Assembly: GCA_035539135.1 (NCBI GenBank)
Contig: DATLJD010000009.1
Location: 85,322 to 149,321, forward strand
Direction of reading: 5' to 3'
DNA from: Lysobacteraceae bacterium
GTDB taxonomy: Bacteria > Pseudomonadota > Gammaproteobacteria > Xanthomonadales > Xanthomonadaceae
Length of the DNA: 64,000 nucleotides
The position numbers were made by a program, and so were the translations under genes. The notes beneath the pieces were generated by a model that worked only from the letters and a program-made list of their open reading frames with translations, had not been told where the DNA came from and made no database searches. Of this stretch, positions 1 to 10,630 are shown one piece after another. Position 1 is the first letter of the stretch; each line of letters opens with the position of its first letter.

Positions 1-132
1 GCCGTGGTCCCACGCCGCGGCGATCAGCTCGCGCGCCTCGCCGCGCCCGAGCTGGTTGCCGAACGTCACCCACGCGCCGAACGACAGCGCCGACAGCTTG
101 AGGCCGGAGGATCCGAGGCGGCGGTATTCCAT
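1..132 (-). CDS. aldo/keto reductase family oxidoreductase, N-terminal 44 codons only (gene runs off the left edge)
   Basis: The reverse complement of 1-132 starts with ATG (130-132) and reads MEYRRLGSSGLKLSALSFGAWVTFGNQLGRGEARELIAAAWDHG, a typical AKR/Kv-beta-like N-terminus. It is absent from the ORF track because it is truncated. Confidence 0.7.
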   Translation of the reverse strand, partial: MEYRRLGSSGLKLSALSFGAWVTFGNQLGRGEARELIAAAWDHG

Positions 133-200
133 GGCGGGCTCCATCGGGGCGGGAACGCGAAGTGTAGCTGCGGTGGCGGCATGCGCCGGCTACAATGGGC

Positions 201-333
201 GCCTTCCTCCTCCGGGGAGTAGCCCGCCGGCGCGATCTCGCGACCACGCCGGGGCGCGCGTCAACATACTTGGCCGGCAGGCCATGGCGCGCGGGCACCG
301 CGAAACGCGGTGCGGGCAAGACCGAAGGCAGGC
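201..333 (+). promoter_or_regulatory. yybP-ykoY family Mn2+ riboswitch aptamer in the 5' leader of the UPF0016 transporter gene
   Basis: Three signature blocks are present: GGGGAGTAGC (214-223), GTCAACATAC (260-269) and GGGCAAGACC (314-323). A closing helix pairs GCCTTC (201-206) with GAAGGC (324-329). A TACAAT -10-like hexamer lies at 191-196 just upstream. Confidence 0.8.
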
Positions 334-408
334 GACTGCGCACCCGGGCCGGGCCGCAGGCGTCCGCCTTCGCGTCCAGCGAATGCCCGGCCCGGAGCAC
401 GCCCCCGC

Positions 409-990
409 ATGACCGAGCTTCCCTTCGCCGCCGCGCTGGTCGCGACCGGCACCGTCGCGCTCGCCGAAATCGGCGACAAGACCCAGCTGCTGGCGCTGCT
501 GCTGGCCGCGCGCTTCCGCCGGCCGTGGCCGATCGTCGCCGGAATCCTGGTCGCGACCCTGCTCAACCACGCGCTCGCCGCCTGGATCGGCGCGTGGGCG
601 GCGCACTGGCTGACGCCGCAGGTGCTGCGCTGGATCGTCGCCGGCAGCTTCCTCGCGATCGCGCTGTGGACGCTCAAGCCGGACACGATCGACGAGGACG
701 CGGCCGCGACCACGTCCGCGCACGGCGCCTTCCTCGCCACCACGCTCGCGTTCTTCATCGCCGAGATCGGCGACAAGACCCAGGTCGCGACGGTGCTGCT
801 CGCGGCAAAGTACGCGCCGCTGTGGGAAGTCGTCGCCGGCACCACGCTCGGCATGCTGCTGGCGAACGTGCCTGTGGTGCTGCTCGGCCACCGCTTCGCC
901 GACCGCCTGCCGCTGCGCGCGGCACGGATCACGGCGGCGCTGGTGTTTCTCGCGCTGGCGGCGTGGGTGGCGTGGCGCGGGATCGCCTGA
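409..990 (+). CDS. UPF0016 (GDT1/TMEM165/MneA-like) family cation (Mn2+/Ca2+) transporter
   Basis: Two copies of the family motif E-x-G-D-K-T (AEIGDKTQ at both repeat starts) in a 6-TM protein. The ATG at 409 (MTELPF) is in frame with track ORF 310..990, whose upstream extension is Arg/Pro-rich and overlaps the riboswitch. Confidence 0.85.
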   Translation: MTELPFAAALVATGTVALAEIGDKTQLLALLLAARFRRPWPIVAGILVATLLNHALAAWIGAWAAHWLTPQVLRWIVAGSFLAIALWTLKPDTIDEDAAATTSAHGAFLATTLAFFIAEIGDKTQVATVLLAAKYAPLWEVVAGTTLGMLLANVPVVLLGHRFADRLPLRAARITAALVFLALAAWVAWRGIA

Positions 991-1077
991 CGCACAGGCG
1001 CCCGTGCACGGGTCGGGGGCATGCCGCGTCCGCTCGAGCACGAGCCCGGCATGCGCGGATCGCGGACGCGTCGCGCC

Positions 1078-2151
1078 CTACCCGTTCCGCGCGTCGTCAG
1101 GCGCCGCGAACACGGTGATCTCCTCGCGGTCGTGGTAGAGCTGGCGCGCGCGGATGCGCAGCGGGCGCTGCGCCTGCTCGGCGAACAGCGCCAGGCACAG
1201 CTGCGTTTCCTGCCAGCGTTTCTTCATCGGCAGCTTGAGGTTGAAGATCGCCTGCCGGCACCAGCCCTCGCGCAGCCAGGTCGCCATCCGCGCGGCGACC
1301 CGACGCGGCTGCTCGACCATGTCGCAGACCATCCAGTCGAGCGGGCGCGGCGGCTGCCAGTGGAAGCCGTCGGCGCGCAGGTGTTCGACCAGGCCGGTGG
1401 CGAGCACGTGCTCGCGCAACGGGCCGTTGTCCACCGAGGTCACCCGCAGGCCCTGCCGCGCCAGCACCCAGGTCCAGCCGCCGGGCGCGGCGCCGAGGTC
1501 GGCGGCGCGCATGCCGGCCCGCAGCAGGCGCGCGCGGTCGCCTGCGTCGAGCAGGGTCAGCAGCGCCTCCTCCAGCTTCAGCGCCGAGCGCGAGGGCGCG
1601 TCGGCGTGCAGCTTCAGGCGCGGGATGCCGAGCGGCCACGGCGCGCTGTCGGCGGGTTCGGCGACCGCCAGCAGGGCGTGGTCGCCGGCGAGGAAGACGA
1701 CATGCAGGCGCGGGCGCGACGGATTTTCCGCCGGCGTCAGCAGGCCCGCCTTGCGCAGCGCCGGGCGCAGCGCGTTGCCGAAGCCGCGCGCGAGCGCGGC
1801 CAGCGGCTTGCCGGCGTCCGAATCCGGATGCTCAACCCACACGTCGCCGAACGGGAGGCACGACGCGCGGTCCAGCGCGGCGAGCACCGGGGTGATGCGG
1901 TCGCGCGGGTCGAGCGCATCCAGTTCCGCCAGCAGGCGCAGCTTCTGGCGGGCGAACACCAGGCCGCGCCAAGGCAGCGCGCGCGACAGCGCGTCGCCGT
2001 CCTCGCCGAGCAGTTGCACCAGCGCGGTGCCGCGTTCGGTGCGTGCGTAGGCGGGCAATCCGGCGAGCGCGGCGCGCTCCTGCAGTTCGGCGGCGAGTTC
2101 GGGCTCGAAGCCGGGACGGCAATGGCAGAGCAGACCTTCGCGCGCGCTCAC
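1078..2151 (-). CDS. rlmM: 23S rRNA (cytidine2498-2'-O)-methyltransferase RlmM
   Basis: The N-terminus LLCHCRPGFEPELAAEL and the C-terminal SAM-MTase block AADLGAAPGGWTWVL...VDNG...WMVCDMVEQP match RlmM/YgdE. The start is set at GTG 2151 (VSAREGLL). The longer track ORF to 2376 adds a non-protein-like Arg/Gly/Ala extension. Confidence 0.85.
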   Translation of the reverse strand: MSAREGLLCHCRPGFEPELAAELQERAALAGLPAYARTERGTALVQLLGEDGDALSRALPWRGLVFARQKLRLLAELDALDPRDRITPVLAALDRASCLPFGDVWVEHPDSDAGKPLAALARGFGNALRPALRKAGLLTPAENPSRPRLHVVFLAGDHALLAVAEPADSAPWPLGIPRLKLHADAPSRSALKLEEALLTLLDAGDRARLLRAGMRAADLGAAPGGWTWVLARQGLRVTSVDNGPLREHVLATGLVEHLRADGFHWQPPRPLDWMVCDMVEQPRRVAARMATWLREGWCRQAIFNLKLPMKKRWQETQLCLALFAEQAQRPLRIRARQLYHDREEITVFAAPDDARNG

Positions 2152-2399
2152 CGCCCATTGCCCCTGGCGGTCATGCGACGCGGAGCCACCGGCTCCGGCG
2201 GCGGGCGCCTTCCCGCGCCCGCCGCCCCGGACCGCGCAGCGCGGCCTGTGCGCGCTGCCGTGGCATCGGGCGTCCCTGCCCGCGAGTGCCGTCGCAGGCC
2301 GGGCTTCGCCGCTTGCCTGCGTGAGCGCGAAGGATGCGGAAGCGGGCGTGAATCCGGCGTCGAAGTCGTTGCGCACGGGGGCTCGCCGATGGCGACCGT

Positions 2400-2960
2400 T
2401 CAGTAGCTCGCGCCGCCCAGCGCACCGTACGCACGCAGGACCTCGCGCGCGGCGTCGCGGTGGATGTCGCGTACCACCTCGACCCCACGCCGCGCCAGCT
2501 CGCCTTGCCAGTCGGCGGGCAGCGGGCCTTCGTCAAACTCGGTCAGGGCCATCACGTCCTCGCTGCGCGCGCCGATCAGCAGGCGGTCCACGCCGGCCCA
2601 GAAGGTCGCGCCGTAGCACTGGCAGCAGGGCTGCGCCGAGGTCGCGATCGTCACCGGCCCGCCGTCCTCGTTGAGCCGCGCGCGCTGCAGGCGCTGCTGC
2701 GCGAGCATGTAGGCCATGGTTTCGGCGTGGGCGAGCGAGCAGCTCTGCGGCAGCACGCGGTTGACGCCCACCGCGATCACGCGGTCGTGGGCGTTGAAGA
2801 TCGCGGCACCGAACGGACCGCCGCTGCCCGCCTCGAGGTTGCGCCGCGCCAGCTCGATCGCCAGCGCGACCTTGGCCGCGTCGCCGGGATAGGCCGCCTC
2901 GAGCGCGAGTTCGCGCACCCAGGGCGGCAGGGTGAGGTGCAGTTGCGCCGGCAGCAGCAT
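2400..2960 (-). CDS. CMP/dCMP-type zinc deaminase family protein (nucleoside/guanine/tRNA-adenosine deaminase-like)
   Basis: Zinc-binding signatures HAE (SLAHAETMA) and PCxxC (QPCCQC) at the spacing typical of the cytidine deaminase-like fold. Confidence 0.8.
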   Translation of the reverse strand: MLLPAQLHLTLPPWVRELALEAAYPGDAAKVALAIELARRNLEAGSGGPFGAAIFNAHDRVIAVGVNRVLPQSCSLAHAETMAYMLAQQRLQRARLNEDGGPVTIATSAQPCCQCYGATFWAGVDRLLIGARSEDVMALTEFDEGPLPADWQGELARRGVEVVRDIHRDAAREVLRAYGALGGASY

Positions 2961-2973
2961 GCGACGCCCCGCG

Positions 2974-4743
<1,770 letters not shown>

Positions 4744-4862
4744 GGTCTGCGGGGCGGGAAAGACAAGTCGCCAGTGTAGCCGAGGCGCTGCCGGCGGCAG
4801 CGGAAGGCCGTTTCTGGCATGCAACTTGCGTAATGTCTTTCCGGAAGGACAGGGGGAAGCCC

Positions 4863-5129
4863 ATGCGGGTCGTGTACGAAGCCGCCCACCTGATCGACGC
4901 GCACCTGGTGCGCCATGCCCTCGAGGGCGCGGGGATCCCGGTCTTCGTGCGCGGCGAGGCGCTGCTCGGCGGGATCGGCGAGCTGCCGGCCTGCGGGCTG
5001 GTGGCGGTGTGCGTGCCGGAGCTGGCCTGGCCCCAGGCGCGGGCGCTCGTCGAACAGCTGCCGCTGGTCGCGGGCACGGCCGCCGCCACCGCCGAGGACA
5101 GCTGGCCGCTGGGGGCGACTCCGGCGTGA
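4863..5129 (+). CDS. DUF2007-type small putative signal-transducing protein
   Basis: [32 protein letters not shown]... is the typical DUF2007 opening. A GGGGGAAG Shine-Dalgarno lies upstream of ATG 4863. The stop TGA (5127-5129) overlaps the GTG of the next gene. Confidence 0.7.
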   Translation: MRVVYEAAHLIDAHLVRHALEGAGIPVFVRGEALLGGIGELPACGLVAVCVPELAWPQARALVEQLPLVAGTAAATAEDSWPLGATPA

Positions 5130-7294
5130 ACCTGCCCGGCGGCGAGCGCCATGATCGCATCGCGGCGGCCTGCCTGGCCTGGCTGCTGCTGCTGTTCGGG
5201 GTGAGCGTGCTGGCGGCCGCGCGAACGGTCGCCGAGCCGCGACCGGTCACCCTGCATGCCCTGCCAGGCAGCCAGCTCAGCCGCAACGGCGAGGCGTTGC
5301 TGCTGCCCGGCGGGCGCGACGGCGCGGCATCGGCGCGGCTGCGCTTCGAGCTTCCCGCGGGCGGTGGCTGGGTGCTGTGGCTGGACCGCGTGCCGGTGGA
5401 CGCCGTGTGGCTGGAACGGCCGGGCTGGACCAGCGTGCGTCGCGATTTTTTCGCCCCGGCGCGCGACGAAGGCGCCCTGCCCGCGGGCTTCCTGTTCGCG
5501 TTGCCCGCCAACTGGCAGGGCGAGGTCGCACTGACCCTGCGCGCACGCGGCAGCGTGCGCGCGGTGCTGCACCCGCGGCTGCTGCAGGCGACCAACGCCG
5601 GCCGCGTGGGCAACCGCGCGCTCGCCCTCCAGGCGGCGGTCTACGGCGGGCTGTTCGTGATCGCGTTGCTGGCGGTGGCGCTGTATTCGGCCGCGCGCGA
5701 ACGTGCCTTCCTGGTGCTTTCCGGCGGCGGCGCGGTGACCCTGCTCGCGCTCGCCGCCGGCAATGGCCACCTGTACGCGCTGCCGCTGCTGTCGGCGTTC
5801 GGCGCCTGGCGCGGCGCGGGCCTGTGGGCGCTGCAGCTGTTGTTCTGCACCGGCGCGCTGCAGGCGCTGCGCCGGTACGCCGCGCTGCGCGAAGGCTCGG
5901 TCGGCGGCCTGCGCTGGTTCAACCTCGCCAGCCTGCTGCCGACCGCACTGGCGGCGGTGTGCCTGCTCGACCTGCCGACGCTGGCGATCTGGATGCCGCA
6001 TGCGGTGACCGTGGTCGCGGTGGCGACCGGCGCCGCCGGCCTGGTGCTGCTGACCGACGCGCTGCAGCGGCGGGTGCCGATGGCGGGCGCGCTGTTGGCG
6101 CTGGTGGTCGTCACCGGCGCCGCCGCGCTGGTCCGCGTGGCGTTGCTGCACGGCCTGCTGCCCGACCTCCTGTGGACGCGCTGGGGCTACCAGCTGGCAC
6201 TGCTGGGCGCGGTTGCGGTGGTCGCGATCGGCCTGATCAGCCGGATCGGCGAATACCGCGTCCAGCGCGACCGCGACCACCTGGCGCGGCTGGATTCGGA
6301 ACGGCGCATGGAACGCGAGACGGCGCGCGCCGCGCTTGCCCTCGCGCTGCAGACCGAACTGCGCGAACTGCCGGCCGGCGACATCGAGCGCCACGCCTTC
6401 TCCCTGTTGCTGCGGCACCTCACGCCGCAGGTGCCGATGCAGTCGGCGGCGGTCACCGCCTACGGCTACCACGGCCACGACCTGCTGCTGGTGCACCCGC
6501 CCGGGCTGCAGGCCACCGTGCGGGAGGAACTGGCGCCGCGCACGCTGCTGCTGCGCCGGCTGGCGCAGGCCGGGCTGCCGTTGCAGCAGCCGCGGCCGGC
6601 GGGCGCCCAGGCGCGGGTCGAGGCGCTGTTGCCGCTGCCGGTCCGCGCACCCGGTTGGGGCCTGCTGTCGCTGCTGCGCGACGGCAGCGAGGGCTTCAGC
6701 ACCGAGGAGATGGCGCTGGCCGGCGAATTCGCGCGGCTGGCCGTACTGCATGCCGACGAGGCGCTGGCGGCGCTGCAATTGCGCCGCTCGGCCGAACTCG
6801 ACGCGCTGACCGGCGCCTTCAACCGGCGCACCATCGACCAGTGGCTGGCGCGCAGCTTCCTCGACGCCCAGCGCCGGCAGCAGCAATTGTCGTTGCTGTT
6901 CATCGACGTCGACCACTTCAAGGCGATCAACGACCGCATCGGCCATCCCGGCGGCGATTACTGCCTCCGCGAGGTCGCGGCGATCCTGCGCGCGGGCCTG
7001 GACCAGGGCGACCTGCTCGGCCGCTACGGCGGCGAGGAATTCGTGGTCGTGCTGCCCGGCCGCGGCGGTGCGCAGGCGCGCGCGATCGGCGAGCACCTGC
7101 GGGCGGCGGTCGAGCGCCACCGCTTCGAGTACGAGGGCCAGTTGCAGCCGCTGACGGTCAGCATCGGCGTGGCCACGCGGCTGGAGAGCGAAGGCACGCC
7201 GGACGCCGCGGTCGAGCGCGCCGACAAGGCGCTGTACGCGGCCAAGCACGGCGGCCGCAACTGCGTGCAGGTGGCGCCGGCGGTGTTCGGCTAG
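5126..7294 (+). CDS. 7TMR-DISM-type membrane sensor diguanylate cyclase (periplasmic DISMED2-like domain, 7 TM, GAF-like linker, GGDEF)
   Basis: Signal/TM segment, then an extracytoplasmic domain, a block of about 7 TM helices, and a C-terminal GGDEF domain ([10 protein letters not shown]...[11 protein letters not shown]...AAKHGGRN). GTG 5126 is in frame with track ORF 4589..7294. Confidence 0.85.
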   Translation: MNLPGGERHDRIAAACLAWLLLLFGVSVLAAARTVAEPRPVTLHALPGSQLSRNGEALLLPGGRDGAASARLRFELPAGGGWVLWLDRVPVDAVWLERPGWTSVRRDFFAPARDEGALPAGFLFALPANWQGEVALTLRARGSVRAVLHPRLLQATNAGRVGNRALALQAAVYGGLFVIALLAVALYSAARERAFLVLSGGGAVTLLALAAGNGHLYALPLLSAFGAWRGAGLWALQLLFCTGALQALRRYAALREGSVGGLRWFNLASLLPTALAAVCLLDLPTLAIWMPHAVTVVAVATGAAGLVLLTDALQRRVPMAGALLALVVVTGAAALVRVALLHGLLPDLLWTRWGYQLALLGAVAVVAIGLISRIGEYRVQRDRDHLARLDSERRMERETARAALALALQTELRELPAGDIERHAFSLLLRHLTPQVPMQSAAVTAYGYHGHDLLLVHPPGLQATVREELAPRTLLLRRLAQAGLPLQQPRPAGAQARVEALLPLPVRAPGWGLLSLLRDGSEGFSTEEMALAGEFARLAVLHADEALAALQLRRSAELDALTGAFNRRTIDQWLARSFLDAQRRQQQLSLLFIDVDHFKAINDRIGHPGGDYCLREVAAILRAGLDQGDLLGRYGGEEFVVVLPGRGGAQARAIGEHLRAAVERHRFEYEGQLQPLTVSIGVATRLESEGTPDAAVERADKALYAAKHGGRNCVQVAPAVFG

Positions 7295-7374
7295 CGGGGG
7301 CGCGCGGGTGCGTGCCGCCGCGGGACTACCGCCGGCGTTAGCATGCTCGCCGCCTCCCCGCCCGGCCTTCTCCC

Positions 7375-8034
7375 ATGCCCACTCTCGTCATCGGCACCAG
7401 GAACTATTCGTCGTGGTCGCTGCGGCCCTGGCTGCTGCTGCGCCATTTCGGGATCCCCTTCGACGAGCACCGGCTGGTACTCGACACGCCGGCGTTCGCC
7501 GCGGAGATCGGCCGCTGGTCGCCGACCCGGCGGGTGCCGGTGCTGCACGACGACGGCCTGGTGGTGTGGGACTCGCTGGCGATCTGCGAGTACGCCAACG
7601 AACGCTGGCTCGGTGGCCGCGGCTGGCCGGCGGACCTGCGCGCGCGGGCCATGGCGCGCGCGGCCGCCGCGGAAATGCATTCGGGCTTCACCGCGCTGCG
7701 CGGGCAGCTGCCGATGCACGTGCGCCGCAAGCCCGACCGCTATCGCTGGGACGATGCGGCGCAGCGCGACATCGACCGCGTCCAGCAGCTGTGGCGCGAG
7801 CTGCGCGCGGCGCACGGCGCCGGCGGCGAGTTCCTGTGCGGCGAGTTCGGCATCGTGGACGCGATGTTCGCGCCGATCGCATGGCGCTTCCTCGGCTATG
7901 GCGTCGAAATGGACGCGAACGCCGCGCGCTACGTCGAGGCACTGATGGCGTTGCCGGCGATGCGCGAGTGGCGCGCCGCGTCCGAGGCCGAGACCGAGGG
8001 CAGCCCGGGCACCGACGCCCTGGTGCGCGGGTGA
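7375..8034 (+). CDS. glutathione S-transferase family protein (YfcF-like)
   Basis: The N-terminal thioredoxin-like part (NYSSWSLRPWLLL...VPVL...WDSLAICEY) and helical C-terminal domain are typical of bacterial GSTs. Confidence 0.8.
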   Translation: MPTLVIGTRNYSSWSLRPWLLLRHFGIPFDEHRLVLDTPAFAAEIGRWSPTRRVPVLHDDGLVVWDSLAICEYANERWLGGRGWPADLRARAMARAAAAEMHSGFTALRGQLPMHVRRKPDRYRWDDAAQRDIDRVQQLWRELRAAHGAGGEFLCGEFGIVDAMFAPIAWRFLGYGVEMDANAARYVEALMALPAMREWRAASEAETEGSPGTDALVRG

Positions 8035-8924
8035 CCTTCGCCCGCGGGGAGCGCGGCCCGCTGGCCGCGATGGCGCTGGGCGCGGCGCTGATCAGCACTT
8101 CGGCGGTGTTCGTCGAATGGGTGCGGATCGGGCCGACCGCCTCGGCGTTCTGGCGGGTGGCGCTGGCGGCGGCGATGCTGACGCTCGCGTTCGCGCGCCC
8201 GGCCTTGCGCACGCACTGGCGGCCGCCGCCGCGGGTGCTGGGACTGGTCGCGCTGGCGGCCGCGTTCTTCGCCCTCGACCTGTGGATGTGGCACCGGAGC
8301 ATCCTCTACGCCGGTGTGGGGCTGGCGACGCTGCTCGGCAACTTCCAGGTGTTCGCGCTCGCCGGCTTCGGCGCGCTGGCGCTCGGCGAGCACGGTGGCT
8401 GGCGGCTGTGGGCGGGATTGCTGCTGGCGCTGGCCGGGTTGGCGCTGCTGCTGGCGCCGGGCTGGGGCGCGTTCGACGCGCGCTTCCGGCTCGGCGTCGC
8501 CTACGGGCTCGGCACCGCGGTCGCCTATGCCGGCTTCCTGCTCGCCTTCCGCGCCGCGCAGGCGCGCCGCGCCGGCACCTCGAACGAGGCGTTGCTGTGG
8601 TGGCTGTGCCTGGGCAGCGCGCTGGCGCTGCTGCCGATGGCGCTGGCCGGCGGCGAAGCGCTGCCGCCGCAGGGCGCGCGCGACTGGGCGGCGCTGCTGG
8701 CCTACGCGCTGATCGCGCAGGTGTTCGGCTGGCTGGTGATCGGCAAGGTCATGCCGAAGCTCGCCGCCGGCGTGCTCGGCCTGTGCCTGCTGCTGCAGCC
8801 GTTGCTGGCCTACGTGTGGGACGCGTTGCTGTTCGGCACCCGGCTGGGACCGGTGGAACTGCTGGGCCTGGCGCTGTCGCTGGCCGGCATCTTCCTCGGG
8901 CTGACGCGGCGACGGGCATCGTAG
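8031..8924 (+). CDS. EamA/DMT superfamily transporter
   Basis: A 10-TM protein with duplicated EamA-like halves. GTG 8031 overlaps the GST stop (GTGA). An alternative start is ATG 8070. Confidence 0.75.
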   Translation: MTFARGERGPLAAMALGAALISTSAVFVEWVRIGPTASAFWRVALAAAMLTLAFARPALRTHWRPPPRVLGLVALAAAFFALDLWMWHRSILYAGVGLATLLGNFQVFALAGFGALALGEHGGWRLWAGLLLALAGLALLLAPGWGAFDARFRLGVAYGLGTAVAYAGFLLAFRAAQARRAGTSNEALLWWLCLGSALALLPMALAGGEALPPQGARDWAALLAYALIAQVFGWLVIGKVMPKLAAGVLGLCLLLQPLLAYVWDALLFGTRLGPVELLGLALSLAGIFLGLTRRRAS

Positions 8925-9004
8925 AGCGGAGCTTGCTCCGCGTCGTGGCCGAGCCGAGCCGCAGCGTCGCCGGCGCTCCCGCAGCGGAGCAAGCTCCGCT
9001 CTAC
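8921..9004. repeat. REP-like palindromic element: perfect 21-bp inverted repeat GTAGAGCGGAGCTTGCTCCGC (8921-8941 / 8984-9004) around a 42-bp spacer
   Basis: The two arms are exact reverse complements, and each arm is itself palindromic (GCGGAGC-TT-GCTCCGC). It sits between convergent genes, and the left arm contains the EamA stop codon (TAG 8922-8924). Confidence 0.8.
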
Positions 9005-9026
9005 GGGCGGTGGAACGTTCTTCGCC

Positions 9027-9668
9027 CTACAGGCGGGTGATCGCGCACACGTAGACCAGCTCGCAGGCGCCGTTGCCCTGGTCCTCGCGGGTCAGCGAGC
9101 TGCGCCAACGGCTGCCGTCCGCGCCCTCGGCCTCGACCAGCCAGCCGTCGATGCGCACGGTGTCGTCGCGGCGCACCCGGCGCAGTTCCGCGGCGACTTC
9201 CGCGGTGGCCGGGATCATGTGCATGTTCGCGCTGGAGCGGACGATCTCCGCCGGCGGCAGCGGCGGCTCGCCCTGCCAGCGGTAGTGGTAGAAGCGAGCG
9301 CCCTGGCCGATGTCCAGCCGTGCAAGCACCGCGTCATCGCGCATCCGGCCCCAGCCGAGCGCGAGGTCGGTGGGCGACAGCGTGGCGCCGCGGTCGGCGT
9401 GGTAGTCCTCGCGGCCAAGCACGCGCGCCTCCACGCTGAAGCCGGCCAACGGGACCAGTTGCGCGGGCTGCAGGCGGACCGGCGGCATGCCGTCGGGCAC
9501 CGCGCTTTGCCGCGGCGCTTCGCCGGGTCGCACCTCCGGCGGCAGCGGGCAGTCGACGGCGTAGCCTTGCGCCGGCGCGGCGATCGCCGGCACCCGCGGC
9601 GACACCGGCGAGTACCACCAGCCGATCGCGCACAAGAGCAGCAGCGCGACCAGCAGCCGGCGGCTCAT
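9027..9668 (-). CDS. exported protein of unknown function (positional equivalent of orfX of the ahpF-oxyR-orfX operon)
   Basis: N-terminal signal/anchor MSRRLLVALLLLCAIGWW. The ATG (9666-9668) overlaps the oxyR stop (ATGA). High GC3. I recognise no family signature. Confidence 0.7.
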   Translation of the reverse strand: MSRRLLVALLLLCAIGWWYSPVSPRVPAIAAPAQGYAVDCPLPPEVRPGEAPRQSAVPDGMPPVRLQPAQLVPLAGFSVEARVLGREDYHADRGATLSPTDLALGWGRMRDDAVLARLDIGQGARFYHYRWQGEPPLPPAEIVRSSANMHMIPATAEVAAELRRVRRDDTVRIDGWLVEAEGADGSRWRSSLTREDQGNGACELVYVCAITRL

Positions 9669-10627
9669 GCGGCGTGCTTCGTGTTGCGCCGGGCGCTCAC
9701 GCGCACGGGCGGCTTCGCGCCCGGCGGCTGCAACAGTTCGGGCGGCAGCGCGCGGAACTCCTGCGCGAGCCGGGTAAGGAAATCGCCCATCGCCGAACTG
9801 CGCCGCCACACCATCGCGATCTCCCGGCTCGGTGCCTTGCCCCGGAAGGGTAGCAGCCGCAGGTCGGGCGACGGCGGTACCGGCGGCTGCACCGCCAGCA
9901 CCGGCAGCAGGGTCGCGCCGACGCCGGCGGCGACCATCTGCCGCAGGGTCTCCAGCGAGGTCGCGCGGAAGCCGTCGCGCTCGTTGGCGCCGGCCATCCG
10001 GCACACGTCCAGCGCCTGCTCGCGCAGGCAGTGGCCTTCCTCGAGCAGCAGGAGGTGTTCCTCGTCGAGGTCGTGAAGTTCGAGCGGCTTGTCGCGCCTG
10101 GCGAACGGGTGCCCGTTCGGCACCGCCAGCATGAAGGGTTCCTCGAACAGCGGTTCGACGTGCAACTGCTCGTCGTGCAGCGGCAGGGCGAGGATGCCGG
10201 CGTCGAGGCGGCCGTCGCGCAGGCGCGCCAGCACCTGGTCGGTCTTCTCCTCGACCAGCAGCAGCTCCAGCCGCGGGAACCGCGCGCGGATGCGCGGCAG
10301 CACGTGCGGCAGCAGGTAGGGGCCGAGCGTGGGGAAGATCCCCAGCCGCACCGTGCCCGCCTCCGGGTCGCGGGTGCGCCGCGCGGCCTCCTTCATCTGC
10401 TCGACCTCGGCGAGGATGCGCCGCGCCCGCGCGGCCATGTCCTGGCCGGCGGACGTCAGCATCACCTTGCGCGGCGCGCGCTCGACCAGGGAGACGCCGA
10501 GCTCCTCCTCCAGCTTTCGGATCTGGGTCGACAGCGTCGGCTGGCTGACGAAACTGGCCGCGGCGGCGCGGCCGAAGTGCCGATGGTCGGCCAGCGCCAC
10601 CAGGTACTGGAGGTCGCGCAGGTTCAC
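9665..10627 (-). CDS. oxyR: LysR-family hydrogen peroxide sensor/regulator OxyR
   Basis: LysR HTH (FGRAAAASFVSQPTLSTQIRKLE) plus the redox cysteine pair in EEGHCLREQALDVC (the C199/C208 context of OxyR). Start codon is GTG. It lies next to ahpCF. Confidence 0.9.
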   Translation of the reverse strand: MNLRDLQYLVALADHRHFGRAAAASFVSQPTLSTQIRKLEEELGVSLVERAPRKVMLTSAGQDMAARARRILAEVEQMKEAARRTRDPEAGTVRLGIFPTLGPYLLPHVLPRIRARFPRLELLLVEEKTDQVLARLRDGRLDAGILALPLHDEQLHVEPLFEEPFMLAVPNGHPFARRDKPLELHDLDEEHLLLLEEGHCLREQALDVCRMAGANERDGFRATSLETLRQMVAAGVGATLLPVLAVQPPVPPSPDLRLLPFRGKAPSREIAMVWRRSSAMGDFLTRLAQEFRALPPELLQPPGAKPPVRVSARRNTKHAA

Positions 10628-10630
10628 CGC

